From Owenia fusiformis (taxonomy: Eukaryota): a stretch of DNA of 64,000 bases. This document shows positions 26,468 to 39,378 of the stretch, piece by piece; position 1 is the first letter of the stretch; every line of letters starts with the position of its first letter. The DNA is taken from the NCBI GenBank assembly GCA_903813345.2, contig CAIIXF020000001.1, positions 15,810,001 to 15,874,000 on the forward strand. Reading direction: 5' to 3'. The notes under the pieces are model-generated. The model was given only the letters and a program-made list of their open reading frames with translations. It searched no databases and was not told where the DNA came from. The position numbers and the translations under genes are program-made.

Positions 26468-29400
26468 ATGTCTCAGAGTGCAGGGACACTGATAACGACT
26501 AACAATGCGACTTATATCCCACCTAGGTTCATGCCAGGGTAAGTTGAAGCATTTTATTACGCTTGTAAAATATAATTTTCATTTCCGGGTTCCTGACTGC
26601 AGTCAAGTTACTGCATTTTTCCATCGAGATATGTATATTTTCAACCAAATATAAAAATACCAGACTAGAACAAAGAAAGAAAGACTTTGATCCAGAGAAG
26701 CCCCACATTCTTATTTATTTCACAGGGGGCGTCTGTATTACAATGATACATTCTGTCTAATTCATATTTAGTACGAAGTGTCTGGAGTACCTTAAAATGT
26801 AAGGCTCTTTAGCCAAAATGCTAAAGAGCCTTAAAATTTAAGGCTATTTAGCTGTGAACATAGTGTTTTGGCTAGAGAGCCTTTGTGTTTATAATCCATG
26901 TTTATATTGTTTTTTATTGAAGTTTTCGTCATCTAAACAATAAAACAACACTCTCCAAAGTTTTTCAACCCAGAATGCCACTTAAAAATTTCACACATGT
27001 GTAGAGTTGCAAAAAACTTAGTCACATCATGGAGAAACACTCTGGTATAGTGGTTAGGGTGCTCGATATTCACTTCTGCGGCGTGGGTTCGATTCCCAGA
27101 CTGAGCACCTTTTATTTTGAATAACAAGCCGGAAGTTTATTCTCCGAGGTCTGGAAATTATGTACACAATTTTTTCTAGAATTCTTGGGCTTGCTCCATC
27201 GCTCAATCATCAATGTTTAATGAAATTAATCACTTGTATTGGCTTTGCTATAGTCATGAGAATACAGGAAATCCCATTTTAAGATGGCAAGAAGTATGAT
27301 GAAGACCTGGGGATGAAAAAGGATCTTGTTTCTTCTAGATCAGCACATTTTGACGCAGTTTATCGTGAATGCAGGGACATCAGCCAAGGGACATCACAGA
27401 ATACACTTCCAAATATATTGCTCATTAGATTTCAATGCTGATTTTAGAATTTTTCACGTGACGAGATATTTTTGCATAATATTTTCCTCACAAGTGAGAA
27501 TTTAAGCACATGAGAGAGCACAAAGAAAATTTACAGTACAAGCAGCTGAGTACAAGAGGTGAACTGTCGAGGAAACAGCGGCTTATGCAACACAACAACA
27601 ACATTTTTATCCTAGCCTCCAATCCATCAATAAATGTCTATACATCAAAATCTTTACTAAACAGACGTTGTGATTTATAGTGGATAAAATGGTAAAAATA
27701 ACATTTTTCTGGCTATATACGTGATTGCCTGGTCTTACACCTTCTCTGGTGAACCAGAGACATATATTTTCGATATATGCATGAGTCCGTTCAAAATCGA
27801 TGTTTGAACCATTAAAAAGCCAAATTTAGACTGAGGATTGAAAAGGTTCTTTTATTTCTCTCGGTACACCGGAAGTAAATTTATGAGTCGAGCAAAAAGT
27901 GATAATGTTTTTTTATGAAGTGGGGAAGTCAAAACAGTACTAATAGAAGTCATAGTAAGCATTAGAAGATCATTTAAAACCATATAAATCAAATCGACGG
28001 CAAAGTTAGTTGAAATGACTGCAATCTTTATATGTTATCTTCTTCATCTTCGCGGACCTCAGAGAAGACACTTCCGGTTAAATAATCAGTGATTTTATCG
28101 ATCAAAAAAAATTTCTTTTTGAATTTGTCTGATATCTGCTAATATGGTATGTATATTTGTGCTGATTGTTGAATTACAAAATAGGTTGGGTATAGAATAT
28201 GTGAAAGTCGTTTGATCTTGTCCCAGAAGCAACATTTCGTCATTTCTGTCGCCTGGAATTCCTTAAGGGCTCTCTAGCAGAATTGGCTATCAAAATGCTA
28301 AAGAGCCTTAAAATTTAAGGCTCTTTAGCCAAAATGCTAAAGAACCTTAAAATTTAAGGCTCTTTAGCATTTTGGTAACCCATTTGGCTAGAGAGCCTTA
28401 AATTTTAAGGCTCTCCAGGCACGGCCTATTTAGTATCGAGTTTTCACTTTCAGTTCGTGGGTCCATGACACTATTTTTGTAGCTTCTTCCTCGTCATCAT
28501 CAATCTGTTACTTTGTTACTCACTACATGTCTCTCATGCTTACAAGTATACAGTGGAAGCAAGTCAACAGAATTTTTACATTGACAAAATATAACGACTT
28601 ATCGATGTGGAATTGTCTTTTTCTAGGTACCATGGGCATTGTCCAACATTAAAGTTCAGTTATGGGGAGACATATGGAAACTCAACCTCCAAGTACTTCC
28701 AAGATTACAGATCTGAAACATTGAACAATTCTCACAGTGTCTACAACAAAGGAGGTAGTTTCCCAACATTCTATTCACATAATCCTGATATTGTTATGAG
28801 CAATAGATCAAGAACATGGGATAAGCGTTTAGCTGCTCCTCGCTATGAACTCTCACACACTCATCATGATAGACAAGAACAACTGGACAAATTCCATAAG
28901 GTAAGTAAAGCTATTCTTCCCTTGTTCCATGATTGCATCTAGAGTCCCTCCACAACGACTGAATCAAACTTAAAAGTAGGCTATACCTGGTCAGTTTTCT
29001 TGAATTATTTTTATTCTTGTATGTTCTACGCTGAGGACATCATTTTATATACGCTGAGGAAATGATAGCAGTACAGTCTGACAGTAGTAGAAATGGAGTG
29101 GACATGGTTTTTATGTCACGACCAAAAGTGGTGGCAGGTGGTGACATTTTGCATGTTGATTCCTTGTTTACTTATATTTTAATGAAATCTCTAACTAAAT
29201 TTTAATTGATTAATTACTTTTATCAACTTGGTATGTATGAATATAGAAACATGGGCTTTTAATGTAGTGTGTCACATAAACAAAATGTCTTTATTTCAGA
29301 TGTCGCATGCCCACAGAGAGCACTACAAAGACACTACGGGTGAAGTCCCACGTATGGACCACTTTGTTCTACCAGTAAAAGCCGAGGATCAGTTCAAGAA

Positions 29401-31767
29401 ACATTTACCATTGTGAGTATGGGTGTGCAGACAGTCTTTGTCCCTCCGTCCGTCCTATATGGCTATAACATGCTTGCTTTAGTATAAGATGCTAACATAA
29501 GAAATTTATTGATGTGTTTTATGTGTTTGATTTGTGTACAAATCGAGATGATAAGTCTATCAGTTAATTTCCACATGAAGTGACTCACTGGACAGTGTTT
29601 TAAATGTTATTTAAACACGTAATTAAGTTCAGTTTTTTACTCATTTTGCATTTCTTTTGAATATTGGAATTTGAATTTGTTTCCGTTATCTTGATTAATT
29701 ATTTTACCTGCACCATGGAGACGCCAAGTATAATGTTCCTGGAACTGTATTTCTAGTTATAATGCTTTTAGAATAGTGCCATAGTTCAGGAACTGATAGA
29801 TAGATGTCATTTCAATCGATTGTATTGTCTCCAACTAGTTTTGATTGTGATGACAGCTATCTGTCTGACCTATATAGTGCCATGATTAAGAGAGCCATAA
29901 TATATTCAATACTTCCTTCAACATATCCAATGGACGCAAGTCATTTATTTTAAGCACACCCATACAATGTAAGACATTTTAAGCACACCCATATAGTATA
30001 AAATACAAAGTATATATAAGCATACCCATACAATATAAGACAATATAAGCAGCAACGTTCTCGGTGGATAGTAAAAAGGACTCTCAACAGCAACATACTC
30101 GTTTCAATTGTAAAATGCTGTAATAACTGATGACTGATGGTGATATAGAGTCTTATGAGTAAATTAATAAATTGTGTGATAGTCTTGCATCGACCCCTTA
30201 TAAAACACATATCCCCGAACAGTACACATGTGGTGGATGGTGGGGAGGGGGAGACTAGATGCAAGACTAAAATATGTGTGAATATAAAGGATATATCTCC
30301 TTTTGTTGTAACTTAATAATGTCATTAATTAATGATAAAAATATATTTGAATGTTGATTATTAATAAACTATCTGTGTTTTCACCTGTTTAATTTTTATA
30401 ACAACACTATCTGTATACAATCACTTTTGATACACTGTGACGTTTTCTGGAATTGTGCTGTGATATTTACTGGAGATTTCTACCAAATAACGTGAGTATA
30501 TAATTTGCATGTGATATAGATGTACTAATAGGATGTACTAGTGTTCTCGTTTGACTTGTTATTTTTTGTACTAATAGCTTCCTTTCTTTCTACTTAACCA
30601 AGTTTTATTTCAGGGTTCGTATTTCTATTTGAGATTTTAGACATGAATTCTAAATTAAAAACAACTGAGTAATAGAGAACCTCTATTCCATTGAACATGT
30701 GGTAATAAGTCAACCCCTGCTTTGTATTGTAATGAACCCCTAATACTTCATGTGATCAACCTCCGCTTCGTATAAAAAACCTTCATGCTATAAATGATAC
30801 ACTACAAATGTATAGTCAAATTTGCTTCATGTAACAACACCCATTTTAATCTAATTAATCCCAGCAAAAGTCAGCGCCTGTTTTTTTTAAATAAACCCCT
30901 GCTTCGTGTGTTTAAACTCTGCTTTATTTTATAAACCTCTAAATGCAACCCCACTTCGTGTAATAAGCACATGCTCCATGCAATGAACCCGGCCCATAGA
31001 AACTCCCCATAGTCAAACTTTACTTCTTGCAGCCATGTCAGTATCTGCTTCATGTAATCTTGCAACCCACCACCTGCTCTTTGTTCTTGTCTAGGTAACA
31101 AAGTAGTTCAACAAAACTTTACATAGTTAATTTTAAAATTCCACGTTTTCCACGTTTTATTTCAGTTCAGTTTAGATTTGGGTTTTAGTCATAGGTCGGC
31201 AGAAAGATGGCAGAAGTGTTCGGTCTATCCCTTAAAGAGTAGACATACTACTATCGCCATCTTTCTGTCGACCCAAATTCATGGTTGAGTTACAAATTCA
31301 TTTTGTGTTAAATCTGGTTAAATAGACTACTGAACTATGCTTTTAAACAATTACTATATAGGGATATGTCTTAATGTAATGTAATACGAGGGTTGTCCAA
31401 AAGTTCTTGACGTTTTTGCTCTTTCTTGAATATTCATCAATATTAACTATTTAATATACTGCAATTGCTGCAAGTGCTATTTATTATATCCTAAAATTTC
31501 AATATCATGCATTTATGTTTAGTCTTAAAGTACAATTGCGCTATAGATCAAAAACTACACTATAAATTGAGCAAATGTACTGTATCATTTTGTAATGTGT
31601 CTCATACGGTACTTTCCAGCCTCATTAGGACCAATAAATACACCAACGATATCCACCTTCCATACCTCAACAACGTTGCTAGGCGACCACCGATAACAAA
31701 GAAGTGGTATCCCAAGTCGTGTCAAAGAGACAGAGAGATGAGAGACGTCTACTTTGAGGAGAGATAA
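26468..31767 (+). CDS. CIMIP2C: Ciliary microtubule inner protein 2C (FAM166C/C2orf70 homologue)
   Basis: Phase-compatible exons 26468-26538, 28627-28900, 29300-29412, 31620-31767. Protein [41 protein letters not shown]...KYFQDYR...RDVYFEER resembles C2orf70 end to end. Confidence 0.9.
26774..28426. mobile_element. Non-autonomous DNA transposon with 9-bp TSD (MULE-like) in CIMIP2C intron 1
   Basis: TATTTAGTA at 26765-73 and 28427-35; TIRs built of palindromic GAGCCTTAAAATTTAAGGCTC units. Confidence 0.8.
27037..27107 (+). pseudogene. tRNA-derived sequence (tRNA-Glu-like, degenerate)
   Basis: A box TGGTATAGTGGTTAG, B box GGTTCGATTCCC, TTC at the anticodon position; acceptor and anticodon stems pair poorly. 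Confidence 0.65.
31195..31273. repeat. Short inverted repeat / mini-MITE
   Basis: GGTCGGCAGAAAGATGGC ... GCCATCTTTCTGTCGACC. Confidence 0.6.
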
Positions 31768-32909
31768 ATCTATATTGCATTTTATAATTTTATAGTCTTG
31801 AGGCGACATCTTTGAATACACATAAAATGTATATTGTGAAATATACATGGCCATCGAATAGAAAGGCAAAAAGTAATGTCTCTTTACCATTGAATAATTG
31901 AGTTAAAACTTAAAAACGAAACAATCACTCCCATTCCTTATACTGCCATGGTTACCAAGACATTAGGTGGGGTTTGGAATCGGACGAGAAGGGAAGTGTG
32001 CTCTAGTTTAAAGAAACCATATTGCCATATGAATTATACATGTTTTTGTACTGCCAACAAATTCATGAGTGTAAACGAACTTTTATCTATTTTTTCACAC
32101 TTATAAACTGATGAAATTGATGATAACTACCAGTATGTTTAAAGTGTAAGAGAAACTCAGTCATTATACAGAAATAAACACAATCATAATATTTATTTTA
32201 CATCTTAGCTGATGATTAGTCTCTAAGAAAACGTATGATCGCGTTATGCACATGTCAGTATTATATTGCGTTTTTTATTTCATCAAAATACAGTTTTATA
32301 TAACTATGTGCAAATTGATGATTAAATATTTCAAACTATTTTTAATTAGCAATATTGCTGTTTTTGTAAATAATAGATACCAAATATAGAAGAAAACTGA
32401 AGTATTGTACATAAAAATATTATGTTGAATTAGTGTAACGATAGAGCACGGTCGTTAGAAGATATATTTGTATAGTCTCAACTGTATAGTACTCCTGCGT
32501 TTTTAGATTATTGTCAGGCGAAGTTTTTAACATCATTGGCTTCAATGAGAATTTATATTTTAAAATGGAGTTTTCGAGGAACCATTTTCTTAGCGTTTGA
32601 GTTTCTAGGTTATCCTCATGGCGAAGTAGGTTAGGATGTTTGTAATATTGGTGTAAATGATTGTGTGACAATTTAAGAATTTTATTTTTAATAAAACTAT
32701 TTTTGAACAAAAGATCCTCCAAAAATAACATTTTGAAACTAAAAAAGCTTCACATACAACATTTTGATAAAGCTTGGTAAAAAGCAATATAACGATCACG
32801 ACATTTTCCACTTATTTTGATGTCAAACAAAGCGATTATATACCAAACAAATATACATCTTAGAATGGTCTGAGACTAACATAATTTTATGTTAGTCTCA
32901 GGAATGGTT

Positions 32910-33309
32910 GAACTCTTCACACTGGTTTCAAAAGTGTATCCGTTTCGGTAACAGAATGACGAAGCCTCCAAGGTACCATTACCATTTAGTTGCGAACGAA
33001 TAGTTCGTGAGACGCCAGAATGATTAAAACAATTCCTCACTTGTTACGTAAACGAAACAGTTAAAAGTCAAATGTTAAACGTTTTCAAACATCAAGTGAG
33101 GAATTAAATCGATGATTCTGGCGTCCTGTAAACTATTCGATGGCAAAAGCTAAAAAATTCTCAATCATATGATACTGACACAGGTTTGTGCCAAAACGTT
33201 CCTGAAGATTCTGCCTGCATGAAATCATGGAATCGAAAAATCGTTCCTCCGAGGCTGCGCCATTTTGCTATCGAAACTGATGCATTTTTGTAACTAGCTT
33301 GAGGAGTTC
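32910..33309. mobile_element. Diverged MITE
   Basis: Imperfect ~55-bp TIRs GAACTCTTCA...GAAGCCTC / GAGGCTGC...TGAGGAGTTC plus an internal inverted repeat. Confidence 0.6.
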
Positions 33310-34592
33310 CACCACAGTATGGATGTTACTAAACTAGTATCTATAATGCATCAGTAAAAGTGAAGCGCCCAATTGATTTGGTATAACTTGAGAAGTATAA
33401 ACTCATAAGGAATGATATTGATCGCTACCATTTGAAACTAACATTGCAAAAGCGGTTATGGAATGGTATACTATACTGTATTTTAAAAATATTTGATAAA
33501 GCTTTAGTATAACAAAGAAATACAAGGATAGTTCAGACATATACTTGAAACAACCCTCGAGAGCTTTGCAGGAGGCCATTGGATCTCTTGTGATCTTTAC
33601 ATAACCCCATTTTGAAATGGGTAAGATATTGTGAAAATATCAATTATCCCTGAATATATTTTACTTGAGCAGTGTCGAGTTATTTGTATAGTATAGTATT
33701 AATCCGAGTTTTATGAAGGCTACATTTAACAATTTTGAAAATATCAAACCTTCCTAAGCTTCAATTGACCCTGGTTGCCATTCGTTACTGGTGACAACAC
33801 AATGAAGAAAATATATGAATTTAAAGAAAACGAGCCCGATGAATCAATTTTGTGCAATGAGAAACAAATACAGATACCTGTGATTGAAACATGGAGATTA
33901 TAATGGATTTGGGGAATTGATGACGTGAGGGCAAAACAAGACGAAAGCGTTAACCAAGTTACAAGCTCCACGTCCATGAAGATCACAATCAATTTGGAAA
34001 ACTACTTATGTGTGACTTTGCAGTGATGGGATCCAATGGTCAAGATGGTCAACATAATGATCAACACAAGTCAATGTGAAATCTGTCCAAATTAAAGTCA
34101 GCTAATCCATTGGATTCGGAGGTGTCGCATTCCCTCTTGTTATTTAAAAGCAGATGATTTATGAACAAGGTGTCGTTATTTGATCAAAGTTCACGTTACA
34201 TAAAATACAAACTATCGGAAATCACATGACATTAACTGAAGACGTTTGGAGATATAGCATACAAGACTCTGAAACAATAGTCCTAGTGGCAATTGGCGTC
34301 TAGGGGAAATACATATAGTGATTTCTGTATGTAACTACGTGATCACTAGTGATATAATAGAGACTAGAAATAAATTGATATCCATGGCCAGGGGAAAAGA
34401 TCAATAACTATGAATGTTATGTTGTCATTATGTAAGTTACCAAGAGTGATGCCTATGACAGTTTAAAATAAATATTCATGCGCCAAAATACACTTACCTA
34501 ACACCATCTCATAAACAATAAGACTACGAGATAGAGTGATTGGATGGCTCTGTCTGATAAATAATATTTTCCTTGACATAAAGATATCGACT

Positions 34593-35357
34593 ATGGGTGT
34601 CACTAAAGGAGCTCCAGCAAACACAAGTTTGATGAGCAAACTGTTGGACGCACAGGCTGCAAACCATCGCCGCCTCATGCGAATCAACGAGGCGGAGCAG
34701 GCACGCACAAAAAACATATTTCGCATAATCGATAAACACGCCAGAATGGAGCAACTAAGGACAGATAAAGCTCTGGAGAGAGTCAATCACACATGGAAAG
34801 AAATCAAAGCGTATAATTATTGTGTTCATAATCAATACAAAGTAAGTAACTTTATTTGTATGCAAAAGGATTTTAAATTAAAATCAACAAGTGAACTTTC
34901 GGCTGATTCACGGAGGAGGCTGCATTACGAGACAAGGATTATGAACACTGGTTTTTCAAGAGACATACTGAGACCAGAGATAAAGAGGGCGATAATTGAC
35001 AATGACCCAAAAATGAAACGAGAAGTCCAACGGGAGAAACTGTTGGAATCCGCTAAAAACTACCAGGCTCTGTTTCCTATTGACCGAAAGAGTTCGACAA
35101 CCAAAATATTTGAAAATTTTCACACGACTAGAAACAATTTTACTAAACCAGGACAACTGAAACCTTTGAAAAATCACCAAATGGCAGTATTAAATCCACA
35201 CGCTCAAACTGTTTCTCGTGATTATTTACAAACTTTGAAGACATTTCGAAAACATGCACCAACAGTGAAAAGTGACAAAACTATTGATGTGAAGGTCAGG
35301 GTCGGTGTTGAACCATCTCAGACCGAGGACATAATAACATCACCAACTCAGAAATAG
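34593..35357 (+). CDS. Uncharacterised intronless basic, helical/coiled-coil protein (~254 aa from first ATG)
   Basis: Long ORF in AT-rich DNA with protein-like composition; no recognisable family. Confidence 0.6.
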   Translation: MGVTKGAPANTSLMSKLLDAQAANHRRLMRINEAEQARTKNIFRIIDKHARMEQLRTDKALERVNHTWKEIKAYNYCVHNQYKVSNFICMQKDFKLKSTSELSADSRRRLHYETRIMNTGFSRDILRPEIKRAIIDNDPKMKREVQREKLLESAKNYQALFPIDRKSSTTKIFENFHTTRNNFTKPGQLKPLKNHQMAVLNPHAQTVSRDYLQTLKTFRKHAPTVKSDKTIDVKVRVGVEPSQTEDIITSPTQK

Positions 35358-36488
35358 TTTTTTGTCTTAGTATTCGATTGAATATTAAGATGAAGTTTCC
35401 CAAATGAATACATTATAGGTAGAACAAATGAACGATGATATATTGCCTCTTTAACAGGTTTTGATATACACCTGGTACACATATAGCATTAATAAAAATG
35501 ACCATATTTTTTATTTGGCGATAGCATTGTTGTAAGAATGTATGGGGTTTCGAAATATTTTTGATGGGGATGGAGGGATTAGCTCTCCAATCGTTCCAAA
35601 AATAATGTTGCCATTTCAATACTACCGAATCAAATTTTGTGCAACTTGGTATTGATGTTCCCCAAATATTCGCACAGACAGTACGCAATGGGTCTGCTTA
35701 GCGCTGTAACTACTGTGCCGGGGCTTTATCCCAGTAAAAACTGATCATCCGTCCCGGTCGTATATTTACTATTGTAATGTTTGGTTGAACACATTCTGAG
35801 AAAACAAAATAAAAATTTAGTTTAAATACAATCTGTTTTTCTGCCTGTCTGTACCCCCTTTTGTGCCCTGAATTTGAATTATTGTTATCGCATGTTTAAT
35901 TGTGTTTAATAAAATTTAGAACTGCCTTGAACATTTTGGAATTGTTTTCATTTGTCAGATCCTTCTCGCCAAAAAGTAGGAAATTTGTCTTGTTTTTAAT
36001 GTTTTGTATTTAGTTCAAGTTTAGTTCACGTTTTTACCACCGCTAGCGCATTTGTTTCTCTCAGAGGGTAGGACAAGAGTTTATCATGTTGTGCTGTCTC
36101 TCGAACTCCACAGTCACAATATGGATCGTTAATGAAAGAGAAATTATGGTAAAAAAGATCGGATTTAAAACATCGATTTACTCTTATTTTATTTAGTACT
36201 GTTTCTCCTTTTCTATCAAGGTTCTGTAAGTAGGAGATTGAAATTGTAGGTTAGATGTTTTTAGCGAGGAGATCGTTTAGTGAGAAGCTGTTCGTTTCCT
36301 TATGGTCTCCAGGAAGACGGTTCTACAAGGGTATTATTGAGCAAACTGTCCCCGTTTCCTTTATTTTACTAATTGAGCCTGGTAGTTTGTAATCGTTGGT
36401 TGTTTTTAAGATATTATCTCAGTAGTGTTTGAGAAACCTATGCATCTTCTGGATCACCCTGTACTTATATAATCTCCGCATGATTAAT

Positions 36489-37976
36489 GCCCAATTGAAA
36501 AATAAAACTAATTACCAACTTATTACCAACTAATTTACAACTAATTATCAACAATTCTGCTGGCAATTGGAATTAAAGTTAAGCGTTAATTAAATCAATG
36601 ATAATTATGGCCTAATTATCAGTAGCAAGTTCAACGTAAATTAACTTACAATAATGCTGATTTATGATTTTTAGTTGATAATTAAGATATGAAATGTTTT
36701 AGGGTGATAGTAAGTGGTAAATTAAAACGTTTTTGTTCTGAAGTAGATTATTGGTTGATAGTTAACATATAGGATGATTATAATGATAATTAGTCGTAAA
36801 TTAGGCCCATGATTTAGAAATACAAACCCCCTAAATTTAATTTCAAGATGGTGGAAAAAGAAAACATGTGAGAGATATTTCTCTCATAAAATTGAGAATT
36901 ACAACGTGAATGGTGCGTATACTACCATGAAATTTGGTCAACATTATTATAAGGGTATGTAGAACATGAATACAATGTATGTTAAATATTATTCACACTT
37001 CTGTCTGAAATGTTTATGAATTTAAAAATCTTATTGAATCAGATCATATAATATTAATCCTAGAATGCAATTTAGGTACTAACATGGGTTACCTATATTT
37101 CACAAGTAATCCAAATGTGCTCTTCTAAATAATGATTGTTAGATCAAAGACATTTCAAAACATATTTTTGATTATATCTGTTACGTCCTTATTATGTAAC
37201 ATTATAGTCTAATGTTTGTGTTCTGATTTTAGTTGTTGATGGCAATAATGATGTTTTCACATGCTTTTCATGAATCTTAAAAATTTGCAAAATAGAATAG
37301 CTTTAAAAAAGAGGGGGAGAAACCCCAGGGTTCAAAGATGACATACGCTTATAATGTAAATCTGTATTGAGATGACATCGTCGCTGATTGGTTTAGCGAG
37401 TCGATCGTTGATTGTTTAAAACTAGGTCAATTTGAAAACTTTGAAAACCAAGATGGAGGGTACGTTTTCGACAAAAGGAGGTGTGCGAAGGAGGAAATCG
37501 TATGTCATCAATTGAATCATGGGGTTTTCCCTCCTGTTGCTGTGAAATTTCAATAGTTCAAGTTCAATGTTGTCTGTTCTGAAATATCCTAATTAAGATG
37601 AATATTCCGTCACAAAATAGTTCAAGATGAAGCAAAAATCTCTGAGTGAAGAGAAGCAAAAAAGAAGCGAGTCATTTTTGAGATGTCACAAATCTGACTT
37701 AAACCTAACTTTCAACTAATTATCAATAGTAAGTTAGGTGATAATTAGAGATTAACTTACATCAAACTTACAACTAACTTTCAACTAATTTACGTAAATA
37801 GCTCATTTGCATATTGATGGTAGTTAATCGTTAATTAAGTTGCAAATTAAGCGTTAATTAAGTTGATAATTAGCTCATTTGCATGTGAATTTTTACACCT
37901 AACTTTCAACTAATTATCAATAGTAAGTTAGGTGATAATTGGAGATGATTTTCCATAGGCTTTTTTCAATTGGGTG
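36489..37976. mobile_element. Probable MITE with AT-rich subterminal repeats
   Basis: CCCAATTGAAAAA / TTTTTCAATTGGG inverted ends and CAACTAATTATC repeats in both arms; no clear TSD. Confidence 0.5.
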
Positions 37977-39378
37977 TGCAATTGATTGCTGTATTCCACG
38001 CTGAAAGTATTATTTAAATCCATGCATTATCAAAAAGTAACTAAATAAAAAATATAAACATTTTTGCCTCACCCTGTACATTACTATGCTGGTATATTCT
38101 TGAAATAATAAAAGTTTTATATAAATATTTTGTAAGTTCAATGTGTTCGTCTTCTTTTAGTAAGTTATCAAAAAAGAAGTAATACTAACAGAGTCTCAAT
38201 CAATAATCAAAGCTGAGTTTATTTGATAAATATGATAAATATATTTAATGCCCCAAGAAATAAACCGACAGGCTTTGTCATTTACAGATTTACTGAGACT
38301 GTGTCCGTTGGGCAGAAATGACATTCTGTTGTTTATAATCATGAAGTTAGGCGGTTGCCGAAGGATGTCAAGGAAACTATTTTTACAAGTAATTTTGATC
38401 AATATTAAATGGGTGGCTGTGATGTTATCCTCTATCCGTGGCACTGGTTTTTATTAGGCTCTTTGTCTTATGTATCATAAACCTATATGTATCCTTTATG
38501 AATAATAGAGTCCCGCGAAAGGACTCTAGCGGTGGCAATTTGACTGACATTTTCTTGTTTTCTGCTAGCGCTAACTCGCATCAATGAAATGAAGTCCATT
38601 CCTTATAATATGTAGTAATCTACTCGTATCTGAAACAATTTTGGTGTAAATTGATATTTGTCACCGAAGTGATTTCACTGGATTCCTTGTAGGAAACGTG
38701 TTTTCAACACTCAGGATGATATTGAGAGAAGAGAAAATGAAAAAATGTATGTTCGCAAGTCTGCAAATGTCTGTCAATAATCTGATACACCTCGTTGAAT
38801 ATGATCTTCCTGGTCTTACCTTTTACTATTGAACTTGACTAAGACTCGGAACGCATACATTAACCTAACTGTTTTGGCTAAAACGAAATTTTTTATTCTT
38901 TTTGCTTCATCCAAAATGTAGTTACAATGATTGTTATAAGCAAATGGGATGCGATCGTATTGCCACACAAAGCACTTTAACAGATTCACTCATTGGGTCA
39001 AAACGATTCAACAGACATAATTTCGTTTTTGAACAATATATTTTATACACATGTCAAGTGAATACTCCAAGTTAGAGCTTATTTAATGAATCTAAAATAT
39101 GATGATGTTTATGTATGCCACACACCACATCCAACAATTAAAAGCTCTTCAATAAATATTTACCACGATTCTTTCAAATGAAAGTGTGATATTTGTTATG
39201 AAAATATCTCGTAGTGGATTCTATTGATATACGTATTTTACAGTTGCCTCCATCCATTCGATCAGCTATTACATCAAAGTGTGGTGCAGCTCAACACAAC
39301 TGATCTGCTATTGGCATCGTGGCAACGACCGTAACTAAATGTGCCTCATCGATTGCAATTGGAGGTGGTTCCCCGACT

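Noticed and set aside
27037-27107. Functional tRNA-Glu gene
   Set aside because: Acceptor and anticodon stems do not pair well, and it lies within a transposon.
35683-35762. Possible self-cleaving ribozyme (GC-richer patch with CTGATCA)
   Set aside because: Could not build a hammerhead, HDV or twister core by eye; an Infernal/Rfam scan would be needed.
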